A DNA stretch of 64,000 nucleotides from Octopus vulgaris (lineage: Eukaryota): the NCBI GenBank assembly GCA_951406725.2, contig OX597826.1, positions 74,090,001 to 74,154,000 on the forward strand, given 5' to 3'. Below the pieces are notes generated by a model. It made no database searches. It worked only from the letters and a program-made list of their open reading frames with translations, and was not told the DNA's origin. Shown in pieces: positions 37,253 through 49,457 of the stretch. The stretch's first letter is position 1; each line of letters opens with the position of its first letter. The translations under genes and the position numbers were made by a program.

Positions 37253-40200
37253 AGTCTTGGCTCAGATAAAACCTTCATGGAGTCTTGACAGAGCTAGAAC
37301 TTTTTAAGCTGACTGATGTAGAACTTACTATAGTCTTGCTGAAGGCAGTGTTCTGAAGTTTTGGCTGAAGAGAGCATCAGGAAAGATTAATCTAAACAGA
37401 GCCTGATTGAGGAAGAGCTTATGGGGTCTTGACAAAGATACAGCTTACTGGTCCCTTGATCAAAATAAAACATTCCTGAAAGCTTAATAAAGATTGGAAT
37501 TGTTAAAGTCTTGATTCACATAGAGCTTACTGATGTCTTGACCATGTGGGAAGGCAACTAAAAAGAAGTAAGCAAACGATTATATAGTAAACTCAACTAT
37601 TTTTGAATGACAACCAATTATAACACAGATGAAGATAATGTTGGCAACTGTCAATATCATCATCATCATCATTTAACATCCGCTTTCCATGTTAGCATGG
37701 GTTGGACGATTTGACTGAGGTCTGGCGAACCAGATGGCTGCACCAGGCTCCAATCTGATCTGGCAGAGTTTCTACAGCTGGATGCCCTTCCTAGCGCCAA
37801 CCACTCCGAGAGTGTAGTGGGTGCTTTTTACGTGCCACCAGCATAGAAGCCAGTCAAGGTGGCGCTAGCATCAGCCACGTTCGGACGGTGCTTTTCACGT
37901 GCCACCTGCACAGGAGCCAGTCCAGCAGCACTGGCAACGACCCCGATTGAATGTTTTTTTACACGTGCCACCAGCACAAGTGCCAGTAAGGCAATGCAGG
38001 TAACGATCACGCTCGAATGGTGCTTTTTACATGCCACCGGCACAGATTTTATGTGCCACGGGCACGGAATATAAACAATCTTTATTTTAGATATATGCAT
38101 AAATTGACATATTTAAAGAGTATAGAAATGGATAGTTATAATATTCATGGTTTCTCTTTTTGGTCTGATATAAATGCAGCTGTTGTAACTCAATGTATGT
38201 GGACTTAAATTAACAATGACTTAGTATTGTATCATAATACCATTTTTTTTTATAAGAGAAGTCATAGCATCCAGTACTAAATGTACCTTGTCTTCAGAAA
38301 AATTATTTTGCATGTTTTATGAAATTTTAAAAATCTGTTTAGAAAAGGAAAAAAAATTTTAATGTTTTTTTTATTATTATAGTAACTTTAGAGTTTTAAT
38401 TTTTGTTCCAACTGAAAATTCATAATTTTATTTTGGAAAAAATAGTTAAGAAAAAAAAAAGCTTCTAAATTCTAAGCATTTTGAATTGTCTTAGTTGAAG
38501 AATTCTTTTGAAAATAACTTTTGTAATGTTACATTGAAATTTAAGTACAAGTCCAGCCTAATGTTTGGTGTTATGTTTATGATATTTTATTGACCCTTTA
38601 GCATTGAAATTATTCTGTCAAATGTAATGCTTATTTATTCACATTGCTTTGAATTAATCTTGTAGTAATATCTCGAAGTTTCAAGAAGTTGATAATATAA
38701 ATTGTACAATAGTTGTGAGAAGCTGGATCTGGCTGGTTTGAACATGAGACAGCTAGAATATTTAGGCCTGATATGGTTGGCTTAAATACTAAAAGCTTGA
38801 ATGCAAATTTGTCTGCTGCAACTCTGAAATGTTATTCTTCAAATGAATGGTTTTAGAGGAATGCTCTGAGGAAATTTTTAGATTGCTTGTTAGAGATCAA
38901 GTGAAAATTAGCTGTAATAATAAAATAGATGCTAAAATACAAATTTAGTACAGTGGTGAGCTGGCAGAAACATTAGCACACTGGGCGAAATGCTTAGAGG
39001 TATTTCGTCTGTCTTTATGTTCTGAGTTCAAATTCCACCAAGGTCGACTTTGCCTTTCATCCTTTTGGTGTCAATAAATTAAGTACCAGTTGCGTACTAG
39101 GGTTGATCTAATCAACTGGTCCCCTCCCCCCCAAATTTTGGGCCTTGTACTTAGAGTAGAAAAGAATCATTAAACCTGCTAGGCAGGATCATTAGCAGTA
39201 TTTTGTCCCTCTTTATGTTCTGGGTTTAAATTCTGCCAAGTTCAATTTTGTCTTTCATCTTTCTGGGGTCAATAAAAGAAGTACCAGTTGTATACTGGGG
39301 TTGATGTAATCAACTTACCCTTTCCTCTGAAATTACAGGGTTGTTATCTTAAAAGTAAACCTACAGAAAAAGTTACGAGGGACATTTGCTAGCATGAAAA
39401 GCAAATAATGATAGTTTGATTTGTATGCTACCAAAATTTGGTTAAAATAGATGCAGGAATAGATTAAAATTTGTCTTTATAAAGTATTTTGTAAACAGAC
39501 AGAAAAAAGAAAAAACTATTTGAAGTAGAGCTGAAATTAACTCTTTAATGCTATCATAAAATTATCAGATAAAGCAGTCCCGAATTTAGAAATATTTGGA
39601 AATAAATTCCTTAATTATATTTAGAGTTTTATTCTTTGAATTTTATCACTCTCATCATTTTATGATCAATAGCAGAGGCGGGTGAAGCAAGAGTGGATGA
39701 TGACTGACAAATAGAAATGGTTTTGAGGAGAGAGGGAGTGATGGAGGGCAGCATAGATAAAATGAAGCAGAGTGTATTGCAGTGGTTCATACGACCCCCG
39801 GGGGGGGGTCCATATAAGATTTGGGGGGGGGGGGGCACATAAGCAAAATAGTAAATTGGGTCCACAGTATCACTTTAAAGGTCCATGAAAGAAATGTTTT
39901 ACTTCAGATGTATTTATTGCAAGGAACTGCTGGGTTTCTTTCTAAAACAATTTATAAAGTTCAGTTTACGCAAGTGAATGTGTGATGAAGAAAATAGGAA
40001 TTTAGAAAGAAGTATCTGTAAAACTAGTTTTTAAACATTGAATGGGTATGGTGGGGGTCTACAAGGATAAAATAGCAACTGAAGGGGTCGATTACCCCGC
40101 CAAGATTGTTGAGAACCACTGGGATATAAAATAGTTCGATACAGTCACCCTAGAGATGAGTGGGTGGGTAGAAGGATGATGTTGATCCAACGCAGTCTCT

Positions 40201-40428
40201 TATACGCAGGTCCAGTGGAGTGGAACAGGGGAAGATAGCAGAGTGATGTTGATGGAAGTAAGGGTGGGTTGGTGGACCATTAGTGAGCATCACAAGTAGT
40301 GAGATGAGCGATGGGGATGGGGTATGAGTGATAGGGTTATGATCATTATAAACATTAAATTGAATGAAAATACCAAAGAAAATGTTTAAGATGTATTTGA
40401 ATAATATGCTCTTTATACTCTCCTACAG

Positions 40429-40520
40429 GTATATTTAGTAACAGCTCCCAGAAAATTGTTGGAGGTTTGACTACAACCCCTCTTTGCTCACCAACCAATT
40501 TGCGACGGATGTGTACTCGT
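40429..40520 (+). CDS. Proteolipid/M6 family gene, exon 5
   Basis: ctctcctacag|..|gtaatt; (G)IFSNSSQKIVGGLTTTPLCSPTNLRRMCTR. Supplies the two remaining loop cysteines; phases fit both neighbours. Confidence 0.85.
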
Positions 40521-41448
40521 GTAATTATTTCATTTATTTGTTACTATTTTGATTTTTGCTTCTGCTATTAAATGCTAAAGTGTTTTGACTTTTTGCCAGC
40601 CTCGCCTGGCCCTGTGCCGGTGGCACGTAAAAAGCACCATCCGTCCGTGGGCGTTTGCCAGCTCCGTCTGGCACCTGTGCGGGTGGCACGTAAAAAGCAC
40701 CCACTACACTCACGGAGTGGTTGGCGTTAGGAAGGGCATCCAGCTGTAGAAACACTGCCAGATCAGACTGGGCCTGATGCAGCCTTCTGGCTTCACAGAC
40801 CCCAGTTGAACCGTCCAACCCATGCTAGCATGGAAAACGGACGCTAAATGATGATGATGATAATGTATACTGCTTACATGGGTGGACAGCTGGGTGGATA
40901 AATATGTCTGTTTGTCTGTCTGAAATATTACTTGGCAGGTATTATAAATAATTGCTCTAGCAGAATTGTCACTGAGCAGGACAGAATGCTTAGCAGTATT
41001 TATTTTGTCTCTTCACATTCTGAGTTCAAATTCTGCTGTGATCGACCTTTCATCCTTTCATGGTTGATGAAATAAGTTGCACCAGTTGAGCCCTGTGCAT
41101 TGATATAATCGACCAGCCTCCTCCCCACAAAATATCAGGCCTTGTGCTTGGAGTGGAAAGGATTATTAACGGCTGGTCTTTCTATGTGAAGGCAAGTGGC
41201 CCAGTGGTTGGAGTGCTGCACTTACAATCACAAGATCATAGTTTCAATTCCTGGACCAGGTAGTGCAATGTGTTTTTGAACAAAACACTTCATTTCAAAT
41301 TGCACTGGATCCACTTAACAATTACAGGTAAGTTCACTGCCATCGATTCACCAAAGGAGAATTCACCACCTTAATTCACCGTAAAGAAAGTTCACCACAA
41401 GAAAAGCTTACTGAGAAAACATATCCATAGTAACTCACCAGTAATAGT

Positions 41449-41509
<61 letters not shown>

Positions 41510-41710
41510 GTAACAACATATATACATATATGTAACATATATGAAGATATCTTTAAATGTAAATTTGAAAATACATAAGCTGGAATGAAGAGAAAGTCGA
41601 ATTCCTGAAAGTTGGGATTAGAATCGTTAATAAATGTTCTTTTCAATTAACAGTTGATAAAAATTAATGGTAATTCAAAATTTTAAACTTGTGTTTGTTA
41701 TGTTTTGCAG

Positions 41711-41776
41711 ACTGAAGAATCTGGTCAACTCTTTATTGTGGCTTATATTGGTGCATTTTGTGCCTCACTTGCAATG
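41711..41776 (+). CDS. Proteolipid/M6 family gene, exon 6
   Basis: tgttttgcag|..|gtaagt; TEESGQLFIVAYIGAFCASLAM (LFIVA..GA, TM4); 66 nt. Confidence 0.92.
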
Positions 41777-41921
41777 GTAAGTCAAACTGTTCTTTCATTA
41801 TAAAGACATTTAACAATTTAATGAAGTGTTTCCTTACTGCTTTTTCTCCTATACTCTACTTGGATTTTTTTTTTAAAGAAAATATACACCATACTTTGAA
41901 TGGCCAAAGTTAATACATAGC

Positions 41922-41990
<69 letters not shown>

Positions 41991-42011
41991 AGAATGACTT
42001 TGTAGGGTAGG

Positions 42012-42225
42012 TTTATTTAAAGCAGCAGAAAATTCAACAAAACCTGTTACTCTGAGTTTCACGTTGCCGTTCATCGGACAGTTTTTGCTAGAATGAACGG
42101 CAACGTGAAACTCAGAGTAACAGGTTTTGTTGAATTTTCTGCTGCTTTAAATAAAGCATATTACTCTACCACTGGTATTTGAGTACTCTTTTTTCCACCT
42201 TGTTTCACATTTATGTGTTTACTCC

Positions 42226-42228
<3 letters not shown>
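42012..42228. mobile_element. Second copy of the HH-B inverted-repeat element, within (TA)n in proteolipid intron 6
   Basis: Matches 14742-14918; head-to-head pair of hammerhead-containing arms. Confidence 0.85.
42044..42081 (-). ncRNA. Hammerhead motif HH-B, intact minus-strand copy
   Basis: CUGU [CCGAUGA] ACG gcaa CGU [GAA] ACUC a GAGU A ACAG; differs from 14847-14884 only at the free positions N7 and loop II. Confidence 0.65.
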
Positions 42229-42268
<40 letters not shown>

Positions 42269-44214
42269 TTGTCCAACCCATGCTAGCATGGAAAACGGAC
42301 GTTAAATGATGATGATGATGATGATGATATAAAAACGCTATATTTTCTTCTTAACTGTCAACTCTGAAGAGTATTGGGTTACATAATTGGGCTGTTATCT
42401 AACATCTTTGTGAAGCCCTAATGTGAAACTAATTGGTAAGATCGTCAAGGCAGGAAGCTGGCTGAAACGTTAGCATGCCGGGTGAAATGCTTAGTGGTAT
42501 TTCATCTGTCTTTGTGTTCTGAGTTCAAATTCCGCTGTGGTCGACTTTTCCTTTCATCCTTTCGGTATCAATAAATTAAGGCCCAATGCTTGATAGGTGC
42601 TTTTTACATGCCACCGGCACGGGTGCTAGTTATTGTGAAAAAAAGCAAAGCTCATCTCTTTTACTCTTTTTTTTACTCTTTTTACTTGTTTGAGTCATTT
42701 GACTGCGGCCATGCTGGAGCACCGCCTTTAGTCGAGCAAATCGACCCCAGGACTTATTCTTTGTAAGCCCAGTACTTATTCTATCGGTCTCTTTTGCCGA
42801 ACTGCTAAGTGACGGGGACGTAAACACACCAGCATCGGTTGTCAAGCAATGCTAGGGGAACAAACACAGACACACAAACATATTCACACACACTTATATA
42901 TATATACATATATACGACAGGCTTCTTTCAGTTTCCGTCTACCAAATCCACTCACAAGGCATTGGTCGGCCCAGGGCTATAGCAGAAGACACTTGCCCAA
43001 GATGCCACGCAGTGGGACTGAACCCGGAACCATGTGGTTGGTTAGCAAGCTACTTACCAAACAGCCACTCCTGCGCCTGCTCATCCTTCATGGCCATATT
43101 CAAAGAAGCAGAAGTTTGGAAAATATTATGATGGAAGGAAGAGCAGAAGGTAGTTGATGAAGTGGCAAGCAAAGAATGGAACGGATGGACAGTATTTAGA
43201 GCTGGCTGGACAAGAGTGGCAAGACAGATGGAGAACTGACGCTTAATCGAGAAGGCTTTCGTTGTAGTATCACCAATGTGCTTCAGGCATATGACACATA
43301 ATGATGATGTCTATTCTGTATTTTTGTTCAACATCTTCCATTGTTTTATAAAGCTCTTCCCTTATGAATTTTTCAGCTGTTGTGTATTTCTCCTTAAATT
43401 TATTTCTTCCATTTGCTGCTTTTGTTTTTCTTCACAACTTATTCAATATTTTTCTCCTGAAACCCACATCAAACACTATAGATTGTCTCTCATTCTGCAG
43501 TTGGGCTTCCATCTAATACATCAATCTTCTACTTTTCAATTTCTACAATTCCCTGCAAGCTACAGGTGATGTGTTTCCTGCGTGGGTTCCAACACTCTCA
43601 TTTTCATAAAAACGAATTCAGTCTCTCTAATTTGGTGTCTTCTGATTTTCTGTGACTAAATCATCATCATCATCATCGTCTAATGTCCGTTTTCCACGCT
43701 AGCACGGGTTGGACGGTTCGACCGGGGTCTGGGAAGCCAGGGGTTGCACCAGGCTCCAGTCTGATCTGGCAGAGTTTCTACAGCTGGATGCCCTTCCTAA
43801 CGCCAACCACTCCGCGAGTGTATTGGGTGCTTTTTACGTGCCACCTGCACAGGTGCCAGGGGGGTCCGGCATCGGCCACGATCGGTTGGAGGTTTTAACG
43901 TGCCACCAGCACGGAAGCCAGCCAAGGCAGCGCTGGCAACGGCCACGTTTGGATGGTGCTTTTTATGTGCCACCGGCACAGAAGCCAGTCGAGGCAGTGC
44001 TGGCATCAGCCACGTTCAGATGGTGCTTTTTATGTGCCACCGGCACAGAAGCCAGTCAAGGCAGCGCTGGCATCGGCCACGTTCGGCTGGTGCTTTTTAT
44101 GTGCCACCGGCACAGGTATCACAACTACTATTTCCATTGATATTTGTTTCGATGTTAGTCACTAAATAAATGTTATTTATTCTTAAGCTAATTGTTATTT
44201 CATTTTTGTTTCAG

Positions 44215-44310
44215 GCCCATTTTATGACTATCTTGGCAGCTAATTATACTCGCATGAAACTGTCCAAAGAACTCACAGATTACAGAAATGCTGTGGAAAT
44301 GACTTCATGA
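44215..44310 (+). CDS. Proteolipid/M6 family gene, exon 7 (stop)
   Basis: tttttgtttcag|; AHFMTILAANYTRMKLSKELTDYRNAVEMTS*. Matches the family H[FY].M.L.ANY motif. Spliced CDS is 738 nt, 245 aa. Confidence 0.92.
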   Translation, partial: AHFMTILAANYTRMKLSKELTDYRNAVEMTS

Positions 44311-46349
44311 TTTTAACATCAACATCATTCTATGTTTTATCATCATTGATCCTTTCTAAATGTTGTGCAGCTCAAAACGTTTTTACCTGCTCAGAAAACT
44401 CTGGAAGTTTTCTTATATTTAAACACTTTCCATTGTAATTCCATTATAATTCCATTATCGTACACTGGTATCTTTTATATTGTACAGTTTTGTCCAAAAG
44501 TGTGAAACCAAAATGGATTTTGTATAGACAAGTAGAATCATTTATCTAATACAAGCAGACAAAGATCTTTCATGGATTAAGACTGCATTGTGAATCCCAA
44601 TCAAAAGTTGCAAGAAAATAGATATATTTTTCTATTTTGCTAACATCGTAACAAATCGTAATTAACTGATCATAATTGCTTGAAGTGTTTTGTAAAATAT
44701 TGTAAAATTAAATGTGAAATCATCTTTGCTGTATTAAACTATAGTCTAGCATGTTTGTGTGTGTAGAACAGTCACAACATTCCAAATGTTATAAGCCATA
44801 TTCCTTAATGAGTTACACTTGAGATTTATAGAGGGGGGAGTAGTAACTCATCGATTTAGAAGACTTTTCTGGTGTTAGGAAACCTAGTTTTTGTGATGTA
44901 AATATAGTGATACTGTCTGAATGATTTCACCATGAGATAGTAATTGTGACATCTTGCAGCCTAGAAGTTTTAGTGAATTTAAAAGATTTTAGCCCTGGCT
45001 GGCTCATGCAAAGGGACATTACGATGTAAAGCTGTTTCGTTAATGCATCGATTAAAGAAAATTAGTTTGAATGTCCCGATTAAAGGATCACTGAAAGGTT
45101 TATATTCATGGAGGCCATGTATGTCTTGTGTAAGGTGCTTAGGTTATATATGGATGATGAAAAAGTTTAAGGAGGTTGGTTATTGTCTGGTTGTAATGCA
45201 TGTTGTTAGAACTGACTGAAAATAAGATATCAATATGTGAGACACAACTGAACCTTGGGGTACATCAGAGTTGGAAGATTGTGGTTGGGAAGAATCTCAT
45301 CAGTGTACACTTCAATGGAGATGTGTGTGTTTGCGTGTATGCATGTGGTGTGTGTATGCGTGCATGTAATGTGTGTGTGTGTGTGTGTAATTGTCCATTT
45401 TTGCTCATTCTTTTCTTTATGTGTATTAAATGTAGTATAACTAATCTGTAGCTAATATTCCTTTGTTAAATATATGTACACCTCAACAAGGCTACTGTTA
45501 GTTTCATGCTGAGAGAAAATTTCTCAGCAATTGATGAGAAATTTTCTTTTGGCATGAAACCAATAGTGTCCTTGTTAACCCACATATATAAAATATTTAT
45601 CCACCAATGTGGTGTTGAGCACTCATCCTCACTGTTCAATATTAGCATGTGTGTATATGTATATATATATATGTGTGTGTGTGTGTGTATGTATATATAT
45701 ATATATATATATACATATACACACATACACACATGCACATTCTTTTACTTGTGTCAGTCATTTGACTGTGGCCATGCTGTAGCACTGCCTTCAATCGAAC
45801 AAATCGACTTTTTTGTAAGCCTAGTACTTATTCTATTGGTCTCTTTTGCCAAACTGCTAAGTTAAAGGGATGTAAACCCACCAACATCGGTTATCACACG
45901 ATGGTGGAAGGACAAACACAGACACACAAATACATACATTTATAAACATATATGACGGGTTTCTTTCACTTTTTGCCTACCAAATCCACTCGCAATGCTT
46001 TGGTTGGCCTGAGGCTAAAGTAGAAGACACTTGCCCAAGGTGTCACGAAATGGGACTGAACCTGGAACCATGTGGTTGGTAAGCATGATTCTTACCACTC
46101 AGCCACTCCTGTGCCTATTCTTTTATTCTTTCTTTTTCTTTTATTCTTTTACTTGTTTCAGTCATTTGATTGTGGTCATGCTGGAGCACTACCCTTAGTC
46201 GAGCAACTCGACCCCAGGACTTATTCTTTGTAAGCCTAGTACTTATTCTATCGGTTCCTTTTGCTGAACCGCTAAGTTACGGGGATGTAAACACACCAGC
46301 ATTGGTTGTCAAGCAATGTTGGGGGGGACAAACAAAGACACACAAACAT

Positions 46350-46415
<66 letters not shown>

Positions 46416-46582
46416 GATGGGCTTCTTTCAGTCTCCGGCTACCAAATCCACTCACAAGGCTTTGGTTGGCCTGAGGTTATAGTAGAAGACAATTGCCCAA
46501 GGTGCCACGCAGTGGGACTGAACCCAGAACTATGTGGTTGGTAAGCAAGCTACTTACCACTTACCACGCAGCCACTCTTACG

Positions 46583-46617
<35 letters not shown>

Positions 46618-46682
46618 GTAATAGTATGACAGCAAAAAAGAGAAAGAGAGAACCTGATATTATGTAAATAGAGGAATTTATC

Positions 46683-46893
46683 TGTAATATAATATGTGAC
46701 AATTATTTAGTTGCCATAACAAAACTCTGGGTTTTGGATGTAGGGAGGAAATCTGCTCTGGCATCACGTCAGTTATTAAGACAAACAACAAAGTCTTAGT
46801 AACTGACATGATGCCAGAGCAGATTTCTGCCCTGACATCTTAAACTCGGAGTTTTATTATGGCAACCGAATAATTGTCACATATTATATTGCA
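46683..46893. mobile_element. Imperfect palindrome with ~100-bp arms, decayed HH-F family
   Basis: Arms meet at TAAGAC aaacaacaaa GTCTTA. Retains the AACTGAC..GATG...CATC..AAACTCGGAGTTTTAT hammerhead scaffold with core mutations. Confidence 0.65.
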
Positions 46894-46907
46894 TATATAT
46901 ATATATA

Positions 46908-47282
46908 CTAGCAGTATCGCCCGGCGTTGATCGGGTTTGTTTTGACCCTTTAGAATTGGAATTTTTGAAAAGTAAAAATTTTGCATTATGTAGCTTGTTA
47001 TTCTCTTTAAGTGAACATTTTTCTGGTTGAAATACACCAAAAAATGGCGACACAGCAGTCAAAAAATCGTAAAAAATCGGGATTTTCATAGACAAAAAGC
47101 ACCTTTTTGATGTAAATAATTTTTGGTGTTAACATGGTCCGATTTGAATTTTTTCTTCTATGGAATGAAGAGCAAGCCTTCTTCTATCATACTTTCAATT
47201 TTGGTCAACTTCTGCTGCAGGGTCTCGGAGGAGATAGTGTTAGTTGAAGGCTACTAAACCTGCCATACACAGATAACTACAG

Positions 47283-47285
<3 letters not shown>
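46908..47285 (-). mobile_element. Non-autonomous Helitron-like element
   Basis: Minus-strand 3' end CCCG atcaacgc CGGG cgatactg CTAG (subterminal hairpin plus CTAG), inserted in (TA)n. Confidence 0.5.
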
Positions 47286-47318
<33 letters not shown>

Positions 47319-48656
47319 TATATATATCACATATATTTCGTATGTATTGCATAACATTGTGTGTAGTATAGAATTAACATTGTTTATAGAAACGTTCATA
47401 ACGTTGACTGCTCTTTTCCTCACATTAAATTGTATACAAGATGGATGTGAGTGTTTAATGCATTGCTCATGGATTGACTTTTACTAATATTTTACACTAG
47501 TCTTTAACAAAGCAAACATTACCATTGTATATATCAAAGAAATAGTCTCATACTATAAAAGTGTGTGATGTGATTGTGTTTAAAGGAAATGCAATAATAA
47601 TTTTTTTTCAAATGTATTTTTATTGTATATTTAATGTCAATTCAAATTAAATATTATGATTTTAAAAATAAAACATAGTTAAAAACGATTTCATTTCATT
47701 TTTCTTCGCATCTCAAAAATTTCGCCAAACTGATGCAAAGACAGAAAAAAAAAAGGAAAATCAGGGGAAAATCAAAATGTTTCAAACAGGGGAAACTTTA
47801 ATCATAAAAATATGAATTGAACTTAAAAAAGTTGGAATATATATATATATGTATATGTAAATATGTGTGTGTGTATCCCTTCCTTTGCCTTAGTAATGTG
47901 TGTATGTGTGTAAATATGTGTATATATATATATGTGTCCTTTTCTCCCACTTACCCCTACTAACATGTGTGTATGTCTTTCTGCCCCTTTTCTCTACAAA
48001 TGTGAATCGCTAGGTAGTCATGCAAGACCCCTATACAAAAATCTGCTTTACCCCCCTGCCCCACTGTTGTATTGTAATCTCTTTGTTCCCAAGCATGCAT
48101 CTGTGTCTCCTGCTCTCCTTCCCATCTAGGGCTCATAGTTTGGCAAACTGCATGGCGATCTCAATAGTGCAAGTAGCATGGAAAAAAAGCACCCAATCCA
48201 TGCTGTGAAGCATTACAGAGGGCATTAAGCCATAAAACCCTTACCAAAGCAGACACTGGGACTCAATGCTTGGATATACATCAGATCCTGTCAAACCATC
48301 TAACCCATGCTAGCATGGAATATGGATGCTAGATAATGATGATGATGTGTGTGTGAGGTCGGGTCAATGCATGAGGGTCAAATACTTTACCAATTAACAA
48401 TACAAAATAGTTGCTGTATGGTTTTGATTTGGTGCCATGGCTGACTGGATGATAGGTGAAAAAACATGCTACTTTACAGGTTGAAAGATCTTGTATGTTC
48501 CTGGTGGTTTGTATCAAAGCTGTTTGGTATCACTAAGAAGCATGATGCTATTGGAAAGTGCCAAAAATGTCATGATTGCCAGTTGACTCTTGAAGAATGG
48601 AATATCCTGTAGTATAAACGTATGCAACATATATATTATCTTATTACATATATAAT

Positions 48657-48692
<36 letters not shown>

Positions 48693-48706
48693 CAAACACA
48701 CACATT

Positions 48707-48895
48707 CGAAGCCGAACTCGAAGCCGAAACCGAGCCTGAACTTGAACTCGAACCCGAACCCGAACCTGAAGCCGGACCCGATCCCAAAGCCGAGCCCGAA
48801 CCCAAGCCAGAGCCGAGCCCGAACCCGAAGCCGGACCCGATCCCGAACCCGAACCCGATCCCGAACCTGAAGCCGAAGCCGAAGCTGAACCCGAA
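48707..48895. repeat. Degenerate hexamer repeat (CCGAAC/CCGAAG)n
   Basis: Direct reading; a short copy GAAGCCGAAGCCGAACC reappears at 51661-51677. Confidence 0.9.
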
Positions 48896-49457
48896 CATCA
48901 CGTCATTTAACATCATTTCATTTAGCGTCATTTAATGTCGTTTACCGTCACGTCATTTGACGTTATTTACTATGACATCATTTAATGTCATTTAACGTCA
49001 CATCATTTATTGTAATTTAACGTTACCCATATAACGTCATTTTACATCACGTCATTTAACGTCGTTTAGCATCAGGTAATTTAGCGTTATTTACTATGAC
49101 ATCATTTAACGTAATTTAACGTCACCCATATAACGTCATTTAATGTCATTTTACATCACATCATTTAACGTTGTTTACTATGACATTTAATGTCACGTCA
49201 TTTAGCGTAATTTAACGTTACCCATATAACGTCATTTAACGTCATGTTATTTAACGTATTTACTATGACGTCATTTAACGTCAATTAACGTCACTTAGCG
49301 TAACGTCATTTAGCTTAACTTAACGTCACACATATATAGTCATTTAACGTCATTTTACATCACGTCATTTAACGTCATGTCATTTAACGTGATTTAACAT
49401 CATTTAACATCGTTTACGGTCACCTCATTTAACGTCGTTTACCGTCATGTCATTTAG
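48896..49457. repeat. Degenerate ~10-bp repeat (GTCATTTAAC) with TTTACTATGAC and CCCATATAAC variants
   Basis: Direct reading. Confidence 0.85.

Noticed and set aside
48622-48931. EP/KP/GS-repeat protein
   Set aside because: Hexamer microsatellite with frameshifts; no splice signals or start context.
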